Under the pieces are notes generated by a model. The model was not told the origin of the DNA, ran no database searches, and saw only the letters and a list, made by a program, of their open reading frames with translations. This document shows positions 10,384-21,491 of a stretch of DNA of 64,000 bases, in pieces; the first letter of the stretch is position 1; each line of letters starts with the position of its first letter. Made by a program: the position numbers and the translations under genes. The stretch covers positions 5,597,888 through 5,661,887 of the forward strand of contig OZ250169.1 in assembly GCA_965237955.1 (NCBI GenBank), read 5' to 3'. The stretch comes from Candidatus Marinacidobacterales bacterium (GTDB lineage Bacteria > Acidobacteriota > Vicinamibacteria > Marinacidobacterales > SMYC01).

Positions 10384-11910
10384 CTAATGCTTGCGTTCAA
10401 TCTTGAAGGTGAAAGCATGCTCGCAAGGTTTTTTGTCCGGTGTTTTGATTGTGAGGCCGTCTTCGGTCATTTTCCATTCCAGTTCTTCATCAACACCAAG
10501 CATCTTTATGGATTTGATCTCTGATTCATATAATCCAAAATATTCGTCTTCCCCAGCCAGGTATTTGATTGTCACTTCATCGCTTGGCCAATCAAGACAG
10601 ATCGCATATATGGTCTTGTCCTTAACGGTAAATCTGATGTCCTGAGCCGTAAACTGGACTTTCTTCCTGTTCTTCTGAAATTCGTCGTAGTCCCCCACCC
10701 ATGAGCCTCTGGGCAGAGGCTCATGGGCAGGACCTTCTCCGTATTTTATCCAAGCCGTGGTACCGTAAATCGCTTCACCGTTTACCTTCAGCCACTCGCC
10801 TATCCCCAACAGACGTTTCTTAGCTTCTTCAGGGATTGTTCCGTCAGGTTTGGGACCGACGTTGAGTAAAAGAAATCCATTCTTGCTGACTCTATCCACC
10901 AGATTATCCACCAAGGTATTTACCGATTTGAAGCTTGCGTCTTTGGTGTAGGACCATGCGGCTGGGTCATCTACAGAGGTATCCGTCATCCACATATGAT
11001 GTGTCAGCTCAGGCATCATTCCTCCCGTGTCCTGGATACCCACGCCGGGAGGAAAATCATGGGTTTTGTACGTTACGACAACTTCCTTGCCGCGTTTTAC
11101 GGATTCGTTGTAGTAATAGGCCAGAAAGTTCTTTTGATAATCGTCCCTTATTCCATCCAGACCAAAGTCAAACCATATAAAGTCTGGGTCATAGTTGTCG
11201 ATAACTTCTACTATCTTCCCGTACCATTCATCTAAGAACTCCTTGCTGGGCTTTTCTCCTTCCTCGTGTATCTGGCCGTATAGTCCTGAATAGCGTGGAT
11301 CGGAAGCGTCAAGTCTCTCGTCCCATACCGGGAAGAAAGACCAGTTCAAGGCATGGTGGAATGCCGTTACAAACTTCATGTCGCGCTTTTTGATCGCTTT
11401 TTCTAACTCCCCGACGACATCTCTTTTCGGTCCCATCTTCGCAGCATTCCATTCTGAGTACTCGGTATCCCACATTGCGAAGCCATCGTGATGCTCTGCG
11501 ACTGGACCGGCGAATTTTGCGCCCGACTTTTCGAAAAGCTCTGCCCATTCGTCAGCATCGAACTTCTCCGCCTTAAACATAGGTATGAATTCCTTGTACC
11601 CGAATTCCGAGAGAGGTCCGTACGTTTCTACATGGTGTTTATGCTGTTTGGAATCTTCACGCGTATAAACAGCATGGGAATACCATGTACCATCGGGCCC
11701 CATAGCAGGTACCGAATAGATTCCCCAATGTGTATAAATTCCAAACTTGCCGTCTTTTAGCCACTGCGGGACTGGATAGCGTTTTAGAGATCTCCAGGTA
11801 GGATTATAGGATTCCTCGGCCATGGGGTCATTTTTACAACTGGTAAGCAAGCCTGTTGTCATTATCACTGCAGTCAATGTCGCCGCCAATCCAATTGACT
11901 TTTTTAACAT
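10384..11910 (-). CDS. Alpha-L-fucosidase of glycoside hydrolase family 29, a lipoprotein.
   Basis: Lipoprotein signal (LLTSCKND), then GKFGIYTHWGIYSVPAMG...WYSHAVY and the remaining GH29 catalytic-domain pattern. The gene is conspicuously AT-rich compared with its neighbours. Confidence 0.8.
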   Translation of the reverse strand: MLKKSIGLAATLTAVIMTTGLLTSCKNDPMAEESYNPTWRSLKRYPVPQWLKDGKFGIYTHWGIYSVPAMGPDGTWYSHAVYTREDSKQHKHHVETYGPLSEFGYKEFIPMFKAEKFDADEWAELFEKSGAKFAGPVAEHHDGFAMWDTEYSEWNAAKMGPKRDVVGELEKAIKKRDMKFVTAFHHALNWSFFPVWDERLDASDPRYSGLYGQIHEEGEKPSKEFLDEWYGKIVEVIDNYDPDFIWFDFGLDGIRDDYQKNFLAYYYNESVKRGKEVVVTYKTHDFPPGVGIQDTGGMMPELTHHMWMTDTSVDDPAAWSYTKDASFKSVNTLVDNLVDRVSKNGFLLLNVGPKPDGTIPEEAKKRLLGIGEWLKVNGEAIYGTTAWIKYGEGPAHEPLPRGSWVGDYDEFQKNRKKVQFTAQDIRFTVKDKTIYAICLDWPSDEVTIKYLAGEDEYFGLYESEIKSIKMLGVDEELEWKMTEDGLTIKTPDKKPCEHAFTFKIERKH

Positions 11911-12129
11911 TTCTTCCTCTTGTCCTCGTCTCGTTCCTGCGCGTTTCGATTCCTTCCTCCGGTTCGCTAAACCGCTTTTCGTTTTTCACTACGTGGAAGG
12001 ATACCCCGCCTTGCTCAGCTAGGCGAACCACAACTTCTGGCTATATCTTATGCGGCTGCATCGTCCAGCCTATGACGCGACGCGAGCACAGCTCGAGGAT
12101 GAACTTCCCTCGCTCGTCTAGAGCGGACG

Positions 12130-12225
12130 AGCTGGCGGGTCCCCACCGTCTTTCTTCTCTCGGACGCCGCCAGCTATGTGACGGGAACGCTTTACGCCTC
12201 CCTCAGAGCCCGAGCCTTGCTAGAC
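12130..12225 (+). pseudogene. Remnant 3' end of a short-chain dehydrogenase/reductase (SDR) gene.
   Basis: The frame reads ...VPTVFLLSDAASYVTGTLYASL...*, which resembles the conserved SDR C-terminus (LxSDxASYxTGxxL). No upstream SDR body is present. Confidence 0.3.
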
Positions 12226-12232
12226 TGAGACG

Positions 12233-13945
12233 ATGGTACCCCTGCGCCATGCACTTTTACTGACGGTGGGCCTCACATGGGCCATGCCCCTCGCGGGCGA
12301 GGAGCGGGGACAGCCCCTCTGTGGAACCTTTCCCGCCCGCGCGAGACTGGAAGAAGCGAAACACCGGTTCGCTCGGCAGAAGCGCGGTCCCGATGCTGAG
12401 CGCAGGCTTCTCGCGCCCCGTATCGAGACCATTGGTGAGCTCGTCGTGGTGACGGACCACGGGACCATTGTTTCTGAAGCCAACCCCTTCGACCTGCACG
12501 GACGGGGTGTCGTGTTCTCACCGGCCGGCAATCGGGGGTACATGTCTTTCGTCGGTGGGGTCCCTTTCGAGCCGTCGCTCGGAGATCGGGTGAGCATGGG
12601 GGACGACGCTTCCCGGAGCTTCGACCTCACGTTCCCGTTCCCGTTCTATGGGAAGGAGCACGACCGTCTGTTCTTGAACTCCGAGGGAAACTTGACGTTC
12701 GAGCGCCCGGACAGCGCGAGCTCCGCCAGGAGCCTGGAGCGGATGCTGAATGGTCCACCCCGCATTTCTCTGTTCTTCACCGATCTCGATCCGTCCGACG
12801 ACGGCGAGGTGCGCGTGCTCGCCACGCCGGATCGCTTCGTCGTTACCTGGCAAAGCGTTCCAGAGTTCGGCGGCGACTCTCCCAGCACGTTTCAAGTGGA
12901 GCTCCATCCGAACGGAACGGTAGCCATGCGCTATGCGTCACTCGTCGCGGGCGATTCGGGCATCGTGGGTTTGTCCCCCGGAGACAACCCCGAGGATGCG
13001 AACCTGGTCGATTTGAGCGAGTCCGCCACGGATACGCCGGGGGCCATCGCGGAGTCCTTCCGGCGTGGACGCACGATCGACAACGTGCAATTGGCGAGAA
13101 CGTTCTACGGCAAGCTCACCGATCGCTACGACACGCTCGTCGTTTGGACGAACTTCGAGAGCGATCTCGACGGCGCATTCGCCTTTTCGATCACGACGAA
13201 GAACGACATCAGCGGGATCGGTGATCCACCTTTCGACGACTCTGCCATCTGGGGCAGTGATGGAGAGCTCGAAAGCTTCGTGTTCATGGGCAACGTCGCT
13301 CGCTACCCGAGCTCTCCCGAAGGTCGTGTGTTGGGGGCCGCGTCGGGGCCCACGACACTCGGGTTGCTGGCCCACGAGGTCGCACATCGTTGGCTCGCGC
13401 GAGCCCGCGTCAACCTGACGGGGGTCCCGGGCGACGTGCTTCTCGGGCGCCAGGAGTCTCACTGGAGCTTTTTCTTCGACTCCGATGCGTCGTTTCTCGA
13501 AGGCAACGACATCGAGCAGGAAGTGGAGAACCGCTTTCGCACGGTCGCGACGGTATCGAGCTATTCCCACCTCGATCTCTACTTGATGGGCCTCGCGCCT
13601 TCGTCCGAAGTCGGTCCGTTTTTCGTGGTGCGGGATGCGAGCGGGTCGAGCCCGATGGGTCTCGAGATCGATAACGAGTCCTCACCCCGTACGAACGTCA
13701 CGATTACGGGCAGCAGACAGGATGTGCTCATCGACGACGTCGTGCGAGCGCTTGGACCACGGAGCCCGGGTGTTGAAGATTCGCCGAAAACGTTTCGTCA
13801 TGCGTGGGTGCTTCTTACGCGGCCGGCCGCGCCGCCGAGGACGGAGGAGGTCGCGAAGCTCGAGAACGCTCGGAACGCCTTCCTTCGATTCTTCGAGGTA
13901 CAGACGCTCGGACGGGGCCGCCTGTCGACGATGCTCGAGCCCTGA
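12233..13945 (+). CDS. Secreted hypothetical protein with an HExxH motif (putative zinc metallopeptidase).
   Basis: Signal peptide. Contains GLLAHEVAHRW followed by downstream acidic residues. I recognise no family beyond the HExxH motif. Confidence 0.45.
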   Translation: MVPLRHALLLTVGLTWAMPLAGEERGQPLCGTFPARARLEEAKHRFARQKRGPDAERRLLAPRIETIGELVVVTDHGTIVSEANPFDLHGRGVVFSPAGNRGYMSFVGGVPFEPSLGDRVSMGDDASRSFDLTFPFPFYGKEHDRLFLNSEGNLTFERPDSASSARSLERMLNGPPRISLFFTDLDPSDDGEVRVLATPDRFVVTWQSVPEFGGDSPSTFQVELHPNGTVAMRYASLVAGDSGIVGLSPGDNPEDANLVDLSESATDTPGAIAESFRRGRTIDNVQLARTFYGKLTDRYDTLVVWTNFESDLDGAFAFSITTKNDISGIGDPPFDDSAIWGSDGELESFVFMGNVARYPSSPEGRVLGAASGPTTLGLLAHEVAHRWLARARVNLTGVPGDVLLGRQESHWSFFFDSDASFLEGNDIEQEVENRFRTVATVSSYSHLDLYLMGLAPSSEVGPFFVVRDASGSSPMGLEIDNESSPRTNVTITGSRQDVLIDDVVRALGPRSPGVEDSPKTFRHAWVLLTRPAAPPRTEEVAKLENARNAFLRFFEVQTLGRGRLSTMLEP

Positions 13946-14177
13946 ATCAGAAACTGGTGCTTCCGCCATCCACTGTTGGAGATTCGTCGTCATTCCCTTC
14001 TGTTGAGGTACTTGGGGCCCGTTTTGAGTCCGAATGAGTGGGTGTCGCCCAAATCAGCCGTAATCTATTGCATTGCAAAGCCTTAGGTTCCTTTCGGCAA
14101 CACTTAATGACGCAAGCACCTGATTTCACACGCGGACGGATTTTGATGAGGCACAGGTTTTCAATTCTCGAAGCTGC

Positions 14178-14612
14178 CTACGGAAGGCTCTCGCTGGGTA
14201 AGAGTTGGAATCCTTCGGACAATGCAGCGTCGCAAAGTCGATCGTCGAGACAGACGAGGCTTTCGCCCGTCGGATCGTCTTCGCAAAAGACCAACGCGGC
14301 GGCTAGTTGGAGCGCATCCGCAGCTCGTAGGGGATGTACGGCTAGAAGTCGTCCAGCGCGTCGTCGTACGTCTTCGGTAGCGGCAACGGTGTCCGAATGG
14401 TCGACGAGAAGCTCCAGCCGTTGAAGAGCCGTTTCCAACATAGCTCTCGGCAACGGGTCCTCCCGGTGTCGTCGATAGATGGCCGATTTACACTCGACCG
14501 GGGTTCCCGACCAAAATACCGGGGTGGCGCTCGAGCGAATAATCGTCGTCATTTCATTCGAGCGAACCTCCGGAAGCAGCAGAGGAACCAAAGCCGAGCT
14601 ATCCCAAAACAC
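14178..14612 (-). CDS. vapC: PIN-domain toxin, VapC-like.
   Basis: N-terminal MFWDSSALVPLL with a conserved Asp, internal AADALQLAAAL, and C-terminal LDDRLCDAA acidic residues typical of PIN nucleases. It lies 6 nt downstream of an antitoxin gene. Confidence 0.7.
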   Translation of the reverse strand: MFWDSSALVPLLLPEVRSNEMTTIIRSSATPVFWSGTPVECKSAIYRRHREDPLPRAMLETALQRLELLVDHSDTVAATEDVRRRAGRLLAVHPLRAADALQLAAALVFCEDDPTGESLVCLDDRLCDAALSEGFQLLPSESLP

Positions 14613-14618
14613 TGGGCG

Positions 14619-14912
14619 CTAGCGACCCTCTTCACGCTCTGAAAGCAAAGCGGACAGCACATCTTCACCGATGTTCGTGGGGCCCTTGGGCGGTACGAGC
14701 AGCGATTTGGGCATGCGGCGCTTACCGAGCTTGAGCAGACCGCCGGCCGCCAGCCGCTGCCGGCGGTCATCGCGCTTCTGAGTCGCATCGATCGGAACCA
14801 ACTTTGCCACCGGTGACCCGCGCTCGGTGATCAAGATCTCGTTTCCCGACTTCACCTGCTTGAGATATTTGGCCAAGCGCGCCTTCAGTTCCGCTACCCC
14901 AGCCGTATCCAT
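14619..14912 (-). CDS. Phd/YefM-family antitoxin.
   Basis: The 97-aa product starts MDTAGVAELKARLAKYLKQVKSGNEILITERGSPVAKLVP, which is the Phd/YefM fold signature. It sits immediately upstream of the PIN toxin. Confidence 0.7.
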   Translation of the reverse strand: MDTAGVAELKARLAKYLKQVKSGNEILITERGSPVAKLVPIDATQKRDDRRQRLAAGGLLKLGKRRMPKSLLVPPKGPTNIGEDVLSALLSEREEGR

Positions 14913-14922
14913 GTGACTATAT

Positions 14923-14940
14923 GGTCAACTAGAATTGACC
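14923..14940. promoter_or_regulatory. Palindromic putative operator GGTCAA-N6-TTGACC upstream of the phd/vapC pair.
   Basis: A 6-bp inverted repeat with a 6-bp spacer, 11 bp upstream of the antitoxin start. Toxin-antitoxin operons are typically autoregulated at such sites. Confidence 0.4.
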
Positions 14941-14959
14941 TGTTAAACCACTCTCGATT

Positions 14960-15160
14960 TCAAAACGACCCGTCCGCCGACACCGGGTCGTTCTCCCGCA
15001 AATTCTCGAGCGTCTGGTCGGAGAAAACGATGCCCCAGCCGAACGTGTTGTCCGGCCGATTGCGCTCGTAGATGTGGATCGCGTGGTCGGGGTTGCGGCG
15101 TTTGGCGGAGACGCCGAAGCAGAGGCCACCTGGACCACCGCCGATGCAGGCGATCTTCAT
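14960..15160 (-). pseudogene. N-terminal fragment (66 aa) of an FAD-dependent monooxygenase/oxidoreductase.
   Basis: [23 protein letters not shown]...[10 protein letters not shown] is a GxGxxG dinucleotide-binding N-terminus. The ORF then stops, and the phd antitoxin follows directly, so the rest of the enzyme is absent. Confidence 0.5.
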
Positions 15161-15170
15161 GGTGCGGTAA

Positions 15171-18107
15171 CTATATCAGCACTTTCTCCGGCTTCAGGAT
15201 CACCCCTTCGTTGCGTCTCCCGTCCATCTTCACGACAAGAGGCGCATCGAAGCGCACGTGCCGAACCGGACCTTCCTCGGCGACGGCCTCTTGCTTGGCA
15301 AGCCAGTCCCAGTCGAGGAACCCCTCGCCCTCTGCCGGGTTCACGGTGAAGTAGCCGACGTTGTTCGAAATCAGGTTCTGGAAGAAATGCGTCCCCTGCG
15401 ACGGGGTGACCCGGAAGTCGCGAAAACCCGCTTCGACGATCACACGCGCGCCGGCAATTTGACTCCAGTTCACCGGGATGCCGAGGTAGGGCTCGCGCGA
15501 GCCCCAACGTCCCACGCCGATGAGAACGTACGGTCTGTTCTCCGCGTGCAGGGCTCGACCCATCTGACCCACGGTGTCGGCGGTGCGCCGGCTTTCCTTG
15601 CGCTCGAAGCGGTGATAATCGACGACGATCGCGTCCTTTAGGTCGGTGAGCAGGCCGTTGCCGAGCACGCTTCCGCTGTGACAGATCGTTTCGCTGTCGT
15701 CCACGTCGCCGATCTCGATCTCCTCGAGCTCTTGCGCCAAGACCATAGGGCGCAGCTGAAGAAAGCCGAACTCCCGTCGTCCGTCGGGGGTCGGTGTGAG
15801 GTTCACCGCGAACTCGATCTCGACCGGAGCACGCGTTCCTTCGCCACCGATAGCCAGCAGCGTTTCGAGGATTTCGGCGAGTGGGAACAGACCGTGCTTC
15901 AAAAGCGGAGCAAACGTCACCACGCGCGGCCCGGCACGGGATACGCCGTCGTAGAGAGCGTCGTTCTCCGCCGAGTACGTCGAAGCGACGGCGGCGAGAG
16001 TGCCGTCGGTTTCGGCGCTGTCGAGCTCCCAGGACGCGAGCTCGACGCGATCGGTCTGTCGCAGATCGATGGCGTAGAAATCGCGTTGTGAAGTTTTCAA
16101 GATCGCGGGGAGCTCGATGGGCACATGGCGCGGGAACTTCGGGCTGAACCGAATGGCGCTTCCACCTTCCTCCACGGTTTTGCCGAGGCCGAGAGCCACC
16201 GCGACCATACCGTCGTCGTTTTTGGCCGGCGGCGTCGGATAGAAGTTGTACGAGCGTGCCGCGCCGGCGAAATCCGGGTAGAAGCGCTCGCCGTGAGGGG
16301 ACCCGACGACCCGCTGGATGATGACGGCCATCTTTTCTTCTTCCAGCCGGTATTGAGTCGATTCGAGATAGATTTTGGCACTCGAGGAGAACGTGGACGC
16401 GTACACGCGTTTGACCGCGGTCAGGAGCTGCTCGAGTCGGGTTTCGAGCCTACGGTGGTTGTTCGCGAGCATGTACGTCTCGTAGACGCCTGCGAACGGG
16501 TGATGCTGGGAGTCTTCGAGGAGGCTCGATGAGCGAACCGCGAGGGGGTAGCGAGCGCGGTCGAGAAACACTTTGAGATCCTTTTTGAGCTCGCGGGTAA
16601 ACGTCGCCGCCTGGAATCGTTTGCCGAGCTCGTCGTCACGGTCGCATTGGATCGCGAAGTCGGCGAGGTCGTTGTCCTCCATGAAGCGGTCGAAAACCTC
16701 GGTGCCGATGACCATCGACGTGGGCACCGACACCGTGACGCCGGGAAACTCGCGTTCGATGTGGAATTGGCTCAGCAAGTTGTTGACGAAAGCGATGCCA
16801 CGGGCCTTGCCGCCGAGCGAGCCGCCGCCGACGCGATAAAAGCTCGCGGAGGCGTCGAAAGTGTTGCGGTCGAAATCGACGACCTGGCCTCGATTGCGCT
16901 CCTCGCGGTACTCGGCGATGGACTTGATGACCGACGTCCGTAGGTCCTCCAGTGTCGCGTAGTCGGAGACTTTGAGTGGTCGAAGTTTTGCCGCGAGCTG
17001 GAGCTCGGTGCGTGCCTTCAGCCACGTGGAAAAGTCGTTCCGCTCGCCGTGGTAGGCGATGCTCTCGGCAGGCACCTTCTCGAGCATGTGCTCCAGGGTC
17101 TTGAGATCCGACGCGTGCCCGATCTCCGTGCCATCGGGAAGCCGGAACACGAAGTCGCCGATACGAAGGCTTTCGACCATGAACTCGCGCACGTGGTTGA
17201 GAAGGAGCGGGGAGCCTTTGAGAAGGAATGACGCACCCACCGAACGCGCTTCGGTTTCGTTCTCCTTACGACTCGATTGAAGCATGATGGGCACGTCGGG
17301 CCGCACCGCGCGGACCGCTCTGGCGAGCTGAACGCCGGCGTCGGCGCGCGCGGCGCCGTCTCGCGGGAATTGAATGTCAGAGATGATTCCGAGAATGTCG
17401 TTCGGGAAACGGTGGAAGTAGTCCCACGCCTCCTCGTAGTGGTCGCTCAGGAGGATCTTGGGTCGCGCGCGAATCCGCATGAGCTTGTCCGTCAAGTTCA
17501 AGCCTTCGGGCATGAGGCTGTGAGAATGCTTGACGAGCTCGGTGTAGATGACCGGGAGAAACGAAGAGTAGTAGCGAATGTTGTCCTCGATGAGAACGAT
17601 CGCGGGAACGCCGACGATGCCGGTGTCGTGGTCGACGTTCATTTTGTCTTCCATGTACTTCACGATGGCGAGTAAGATGCGAACGTCGCCTTGCCACAGG
17701 AAGATTCGCTCGATGGACGTGACGTCGTAGTTGTCGATGAACTGTGCGAGCTGGCGGCGGTCGTACGCGAGCAGCACCACCGGGGTTTCGAGCCCCTGGC
17801 GCCTGAGCTCCGCGATGAGCTGCAACACGTTCATGTCGCCGAGCTCGATGGACGTGATGATGAGGTTGTAACGGCTTGAGGCGTGGGCGAGGGAAAGCGC
17901 TTCTTTGCCCGAGTACACGTGGGTGATGTTGGGTGTGTGGCGTAGGTTCAGCTCGAGGAACTCGCCGAGAAACTGTTCGCTGAGTCGTCCGTCTTGCGAA
18001 AGAATGTAGTAGTCGTAGAGCGACGATACGAGGAGGACGTCCTGAACGCGGTTTTGGATGAGATCTTGGAAACCGTGGAATCGGTCGTTCCGCGTTGCCA
18101 TCAGCAA
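15171..18107 (-). CDS. Two-domain signalling protein: N-terminal receiver-like (REC / pseudo-REC) domains fused to a PEP-utilising-enzyme / pyruvate-phosphate-dikinase N-terminal ATP-grasp domain.
   Basis: The N-terminal ~350 aa show two CheY-like folds. The first has Ser at the phospho-acceptor position (ITSIELGDM) and the second has [11 protein letters not shown]. The C-terminal ~600 aa match the PPDK_N nucleotide-binding domain (GGKARGIAF..., [12 protein letters not shown]..., VIIQRVVGS). Confidence 0.65.
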   Translation of the reverse strand: MLMATRNDRFHGFQDLIQNRVQDVLLVSSLYDYYILSQDGRLSEQFLGEFLELNLRHTPNITHVYSGKEALSLAHASSRYNLIITSIELGDMNVLQLIAELRRQGLETPVVLLAYDRRQLAQFIDNYDVTSIERIFLWQGDVRILLAIVKYMEDKMNVDHDTGIVGVPAIVLIEDNIRYYSSFLPVIYTELVKHSHSLMPEGLNLTDKLMRIRARPKILLSDHYEEAWDYFHRFPNDILGIISDIQFPRDGAARADAGVQLARAVRAVRPDVPIMLQSSRKENETEARSVGASFLLKGSPLLLNHVREFMVESLRIGDFVFRLPDGTEIGHASDLKTLEHMLEKVPAESIAYHGERNDFSTWLKARTELQLAAKLRPLKVSDYATLEDLRTSVIKSIAEYREERNRGQVVDFDRNTFDASASFYRVGGGSLGGKARGIAFVNNLLSQFHIEREFPGVTVSVPTSMVIGTEVFDRFMEDNDLADFAIQCDRDDELGKRFQAATFTRELKKDLKVFLDRARYPLAVRSSSLLEDSQHHPFAGVYETYMLANNHRRLETRLEQLLTAVKRVYASTFSSSAKIYLESTQYRLEEEKMAVIIQRVVGSPHGERFYPDFAGAARSYNFYPTPPAKNDDGMVAVALGLGKTVEEGGSAIRFSPKFPRHVPIELPAILKTSQRDFYAIDLRQTDRVELASWELDSAETDGTLAAVASTYSAENDALYDGVSRAGPRVVTFAPLLKHGLFPLAEILETLLAIGGEGTRAPVEIEFAVNLTPTPDGRREFGFLQLRPMVLAQELEEIEIGDVDDSETICHSGSVLGNGLLTDLKDAIVVDYHRFERKESRRTADTVGQMGRALHAENRPYVLIGVGRWGSREPYLGIPVNWSQIAGARVIVEAGFRDFRVTPSQGTHFFQNLISNNVGYFTVNPAEGEGFLDWDWLAKQEAVAEEGPVRHVRFDAPLVVKMDGRRNEGVILKPEKVLI

Positions 18108-18316
18108 GCTCTCGAAGAAATCAGTTACACGGCTCGAGTGGTCTCATGAAACTTTCTATCTCAGAATCATTGCCTACGGTGCCGGTCAGGTCGATGGAGT
18201 GGGCAGGGGATTCGGGCGACGGATCCGGGCCGAACCAAATGCCTACGCGCCGGCGATCGTCATCGCATTCGAGCAACATCATCGTCACCAGGCCATCGTG
18301 GGCGTTGTCCATTTCT

Positions 18317-18832
18317 TCAGTGTCGATGGTGCCACGATGGCTGACCCCACAACACTTCGTCGTCAGCGCGATCCAGGCGTCCGCGTGCGACGCGCTCTCT
18401 CAGATCGACGTTGAACCGCTCTCGTTTCAGCGAGTCGACGTTTTCGGTGCGCCCTTCGAAGAAATCGTAGAGCTCCTCGTCTCCGTCGCCGAACGCTGGA
18501 AACGACATGAAGATGAAGCCGTTTCTCGTGTACTCACCGGGTCTGCCATCGTCGGACGGGGGTTGGTCCGAGAGAACCGCGAAGTCGAAAACAAACGGAA
18601 CGGAGAAGGCGGCCACGGTGAAATAGCCGTCCGGGAGCGCCTCGGCACCGAGGATCTCGAGTGCTTTCTCGGTCCGCGCTTCGGGATCGGACATGGTCTC
18701 GCCGAGCTCGCGAGCTTTTTGTGCTCCCCAAAAGCCCAAGCCGGCGACGATGAGAACGAGAGTCGCGATCGCACCCACGCAACCGCAACCGACCCAGAGC
18801 CAAGGTGGGAGCCCTTTCTTGTCGGTACTCAC
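18317..18832 (-). CDS. Hypothetical membrane-anchored protein.
   Basis: One N-terminal TM helix (LWVGCGCVGAIATLVLIVAGLGFW) followed by a soluble domain. A frameshifted continuation into ORF 18121..18312 is possible. Confidence 0.4.
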   Translation of the reverse strand: MSTDKKGLPPWLWVGCGCVGAIATLVLIVAGLGFWGAQKARELGETMSDPEARTEKALEILGAEALPDGYFTVAAFSVPFVFDFAVLSDQPPSDDGRPGEYTRNGFIFMSFPAFGDGDEELYDFFEGRTENVDSLKRERFNVDLRERVARGRLDRADDEVLWGQPSWHHRH

Positions 18833-18952
18833 GGGCTAGTTGTCGACCTCCTTGTCGTGAGTTCGGGAGCACCTTAGCACGAGTTCACGCGCCGGTTGGA
18901 AAGCGACATGTTTTCCGCTATGGTCCCCCCCCACTATCAGGGAGGTGCTGAA

Positions 18953-19357
18953 ATGTTAGGGGAGTTGATTTTCGAGGAAAAGGGCACGACCACTGGCGTT
19001 CGGGTGTTGTCCGCGGAAGCCGTCGAGGTAAAAGTCGAAGTCACGCTGGAGAGGCAAGGGAAAATCAAGGGTGTCGACGAGAACTCCCTGTGGACCTACT
19101 GGTCGAAAACCCGCGCCGACGGTTCGATCTACGGTCAAGGCGAAGGCTTCATGACGACGAATGACGGGGCCGTCATCGCCTTGATTGGAAACTGCTCCGC
19201 CGAGTGGTCGTCCGATGGTTCTGTCGCTTATCGGGGTTCCATCCACTTCCACACGGAAAACGAGAAGTACTCGTATTTGAACACGATCGCGGGGGTTCAC
19301 GAGTACGACGTCGATGCGCAGGGAAACACCGTGGCCAAAATCTGGGAGTGGAAGTAG
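18953..19357 (+). CDS. Hypothetical small protein.
   Basis: Protein-like ORF with balanced composition. The start is uncertain (alternative ATG at 18896). No family recognised. Confidence 0.4.
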   Translation: MLGELIFEEKGTTTGVRVLSAEAVEVKVEVTLERQGKIKGVDENSLWTYWSKTRADGSIYGQGEGFMTTNDGAVIALIGNCSAEWSSDGSVAYRGSIHFHTENEKYSYLNTIAGVHEYDVDAQGNTVAKIWEWK

Positions 19358-19411
19358 CGTCAACCCTAGCTAAAAAACACGTAGAATCGTGTCTCAAAGA
19401 GGAGAGGTACG

Positions 19412-19951
19412 ATGCGTCACGAAATTCTGTCCCTAGTCGCGGTGGGGGTGTTGGCGTCGGTCACGACGTTGGGTGTCCAAGAGCTCACGCAAACGTTCGT
19501 CGTGAACCTCAAGGACCCTCACCCCATCGAGGGCGACGTGAACGTTTCGTCGCCGATCCCCCACAGCGATATGACCAGCATGGTCGACGTGGTGGTCGCG
19601 CCGGCGACGCGCGAGCAAACCGGTCTGTGGACGGATGTCGGACCGATCGATACCGCGGGATTCACGTCCGTGGTGCTGAGCCTTCACGGACAACTTCGTG
19701 GCAGCACCGGCGGTACCGGAGTCGTCTCGCTCGTCCTCGTGCCCGACGAGGAGAACATTCTGCGTGCGTTTGCCGAAGGCGAAGTGCACCTCGAGCTCGA
19801 AGCGACCGCGGACCCCGTTGCGACGAACGCCCTTTACTTCAGCGGCACGAGCGGCGACCTCCCGATAGGGTTTCCGAGCTATCGCGTCTTTCTCTACAAC
19901 ACGACCGAACGGAGCGCCTCGGTAAACGTCTTCGCCTACTTGGCGAATTAG
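19412..19951 (+). CDS. Hypothetical secreted protein.
   Basis: N-terminal signal peptide (LVAVGVLASVTTLGVQE). No recognisable domain. Confidence 0.45.
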   Translation: MRHEILSLVAVGVLASVTTLGVQELTQTFVVNLKDPHPIEGDVNVSSPIPHSDMTSMVDVVVAPATREQTGLWTDVGPIDTAGFTSVVLSLHGQLRGSTGGTGVVSLVLVPDEENILRAFAEGEVHLELEATADPVATNALYFSGTSGDLPIGFPSYRVFLYNTTERSASVNVFAYLAN

Positions 19952-20050
19952 TTCACGGTCCGGCGCGCCGACGGCCGATGGCTGGCTGATGGCCGGCGGC
20001 TGATGGCCGATGGCGCCGCGGCGAGCCGCTCAGCGTTCTAATGGCGCTCG

Positions 20051-21430
<1,380 letters not shown>

Positions 21431-21463
21431 TTATCGTTAGGTTAACGGCGTCTCCGCGCCTCT

Positions 21464-21483
21464 GCGTCTTTGCGTTGTTTTTT
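21464..21483. repeat. One copy of the recurring intergenic motif GCGTCTTTGCGTT followed by a T-run.
   Basis: The same 13-mer core, with or without its complement, also occurs at 25405-25547 and 38077-38159. Confidence 0.5.
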
Positions 21484-21491
21484 CGTTGTGG

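Noticed and set aside
14890-14960. The FAD-monooxygenase fragment might continue past its TGA by readthrough or selenocysteine recoding.
   Set aside because: In-frame translation beyond the TGA gives 21 non-homologous residues and then another stop, and the phd gene starts there. No FAD-enzyme sequence is present in any frame downstream.
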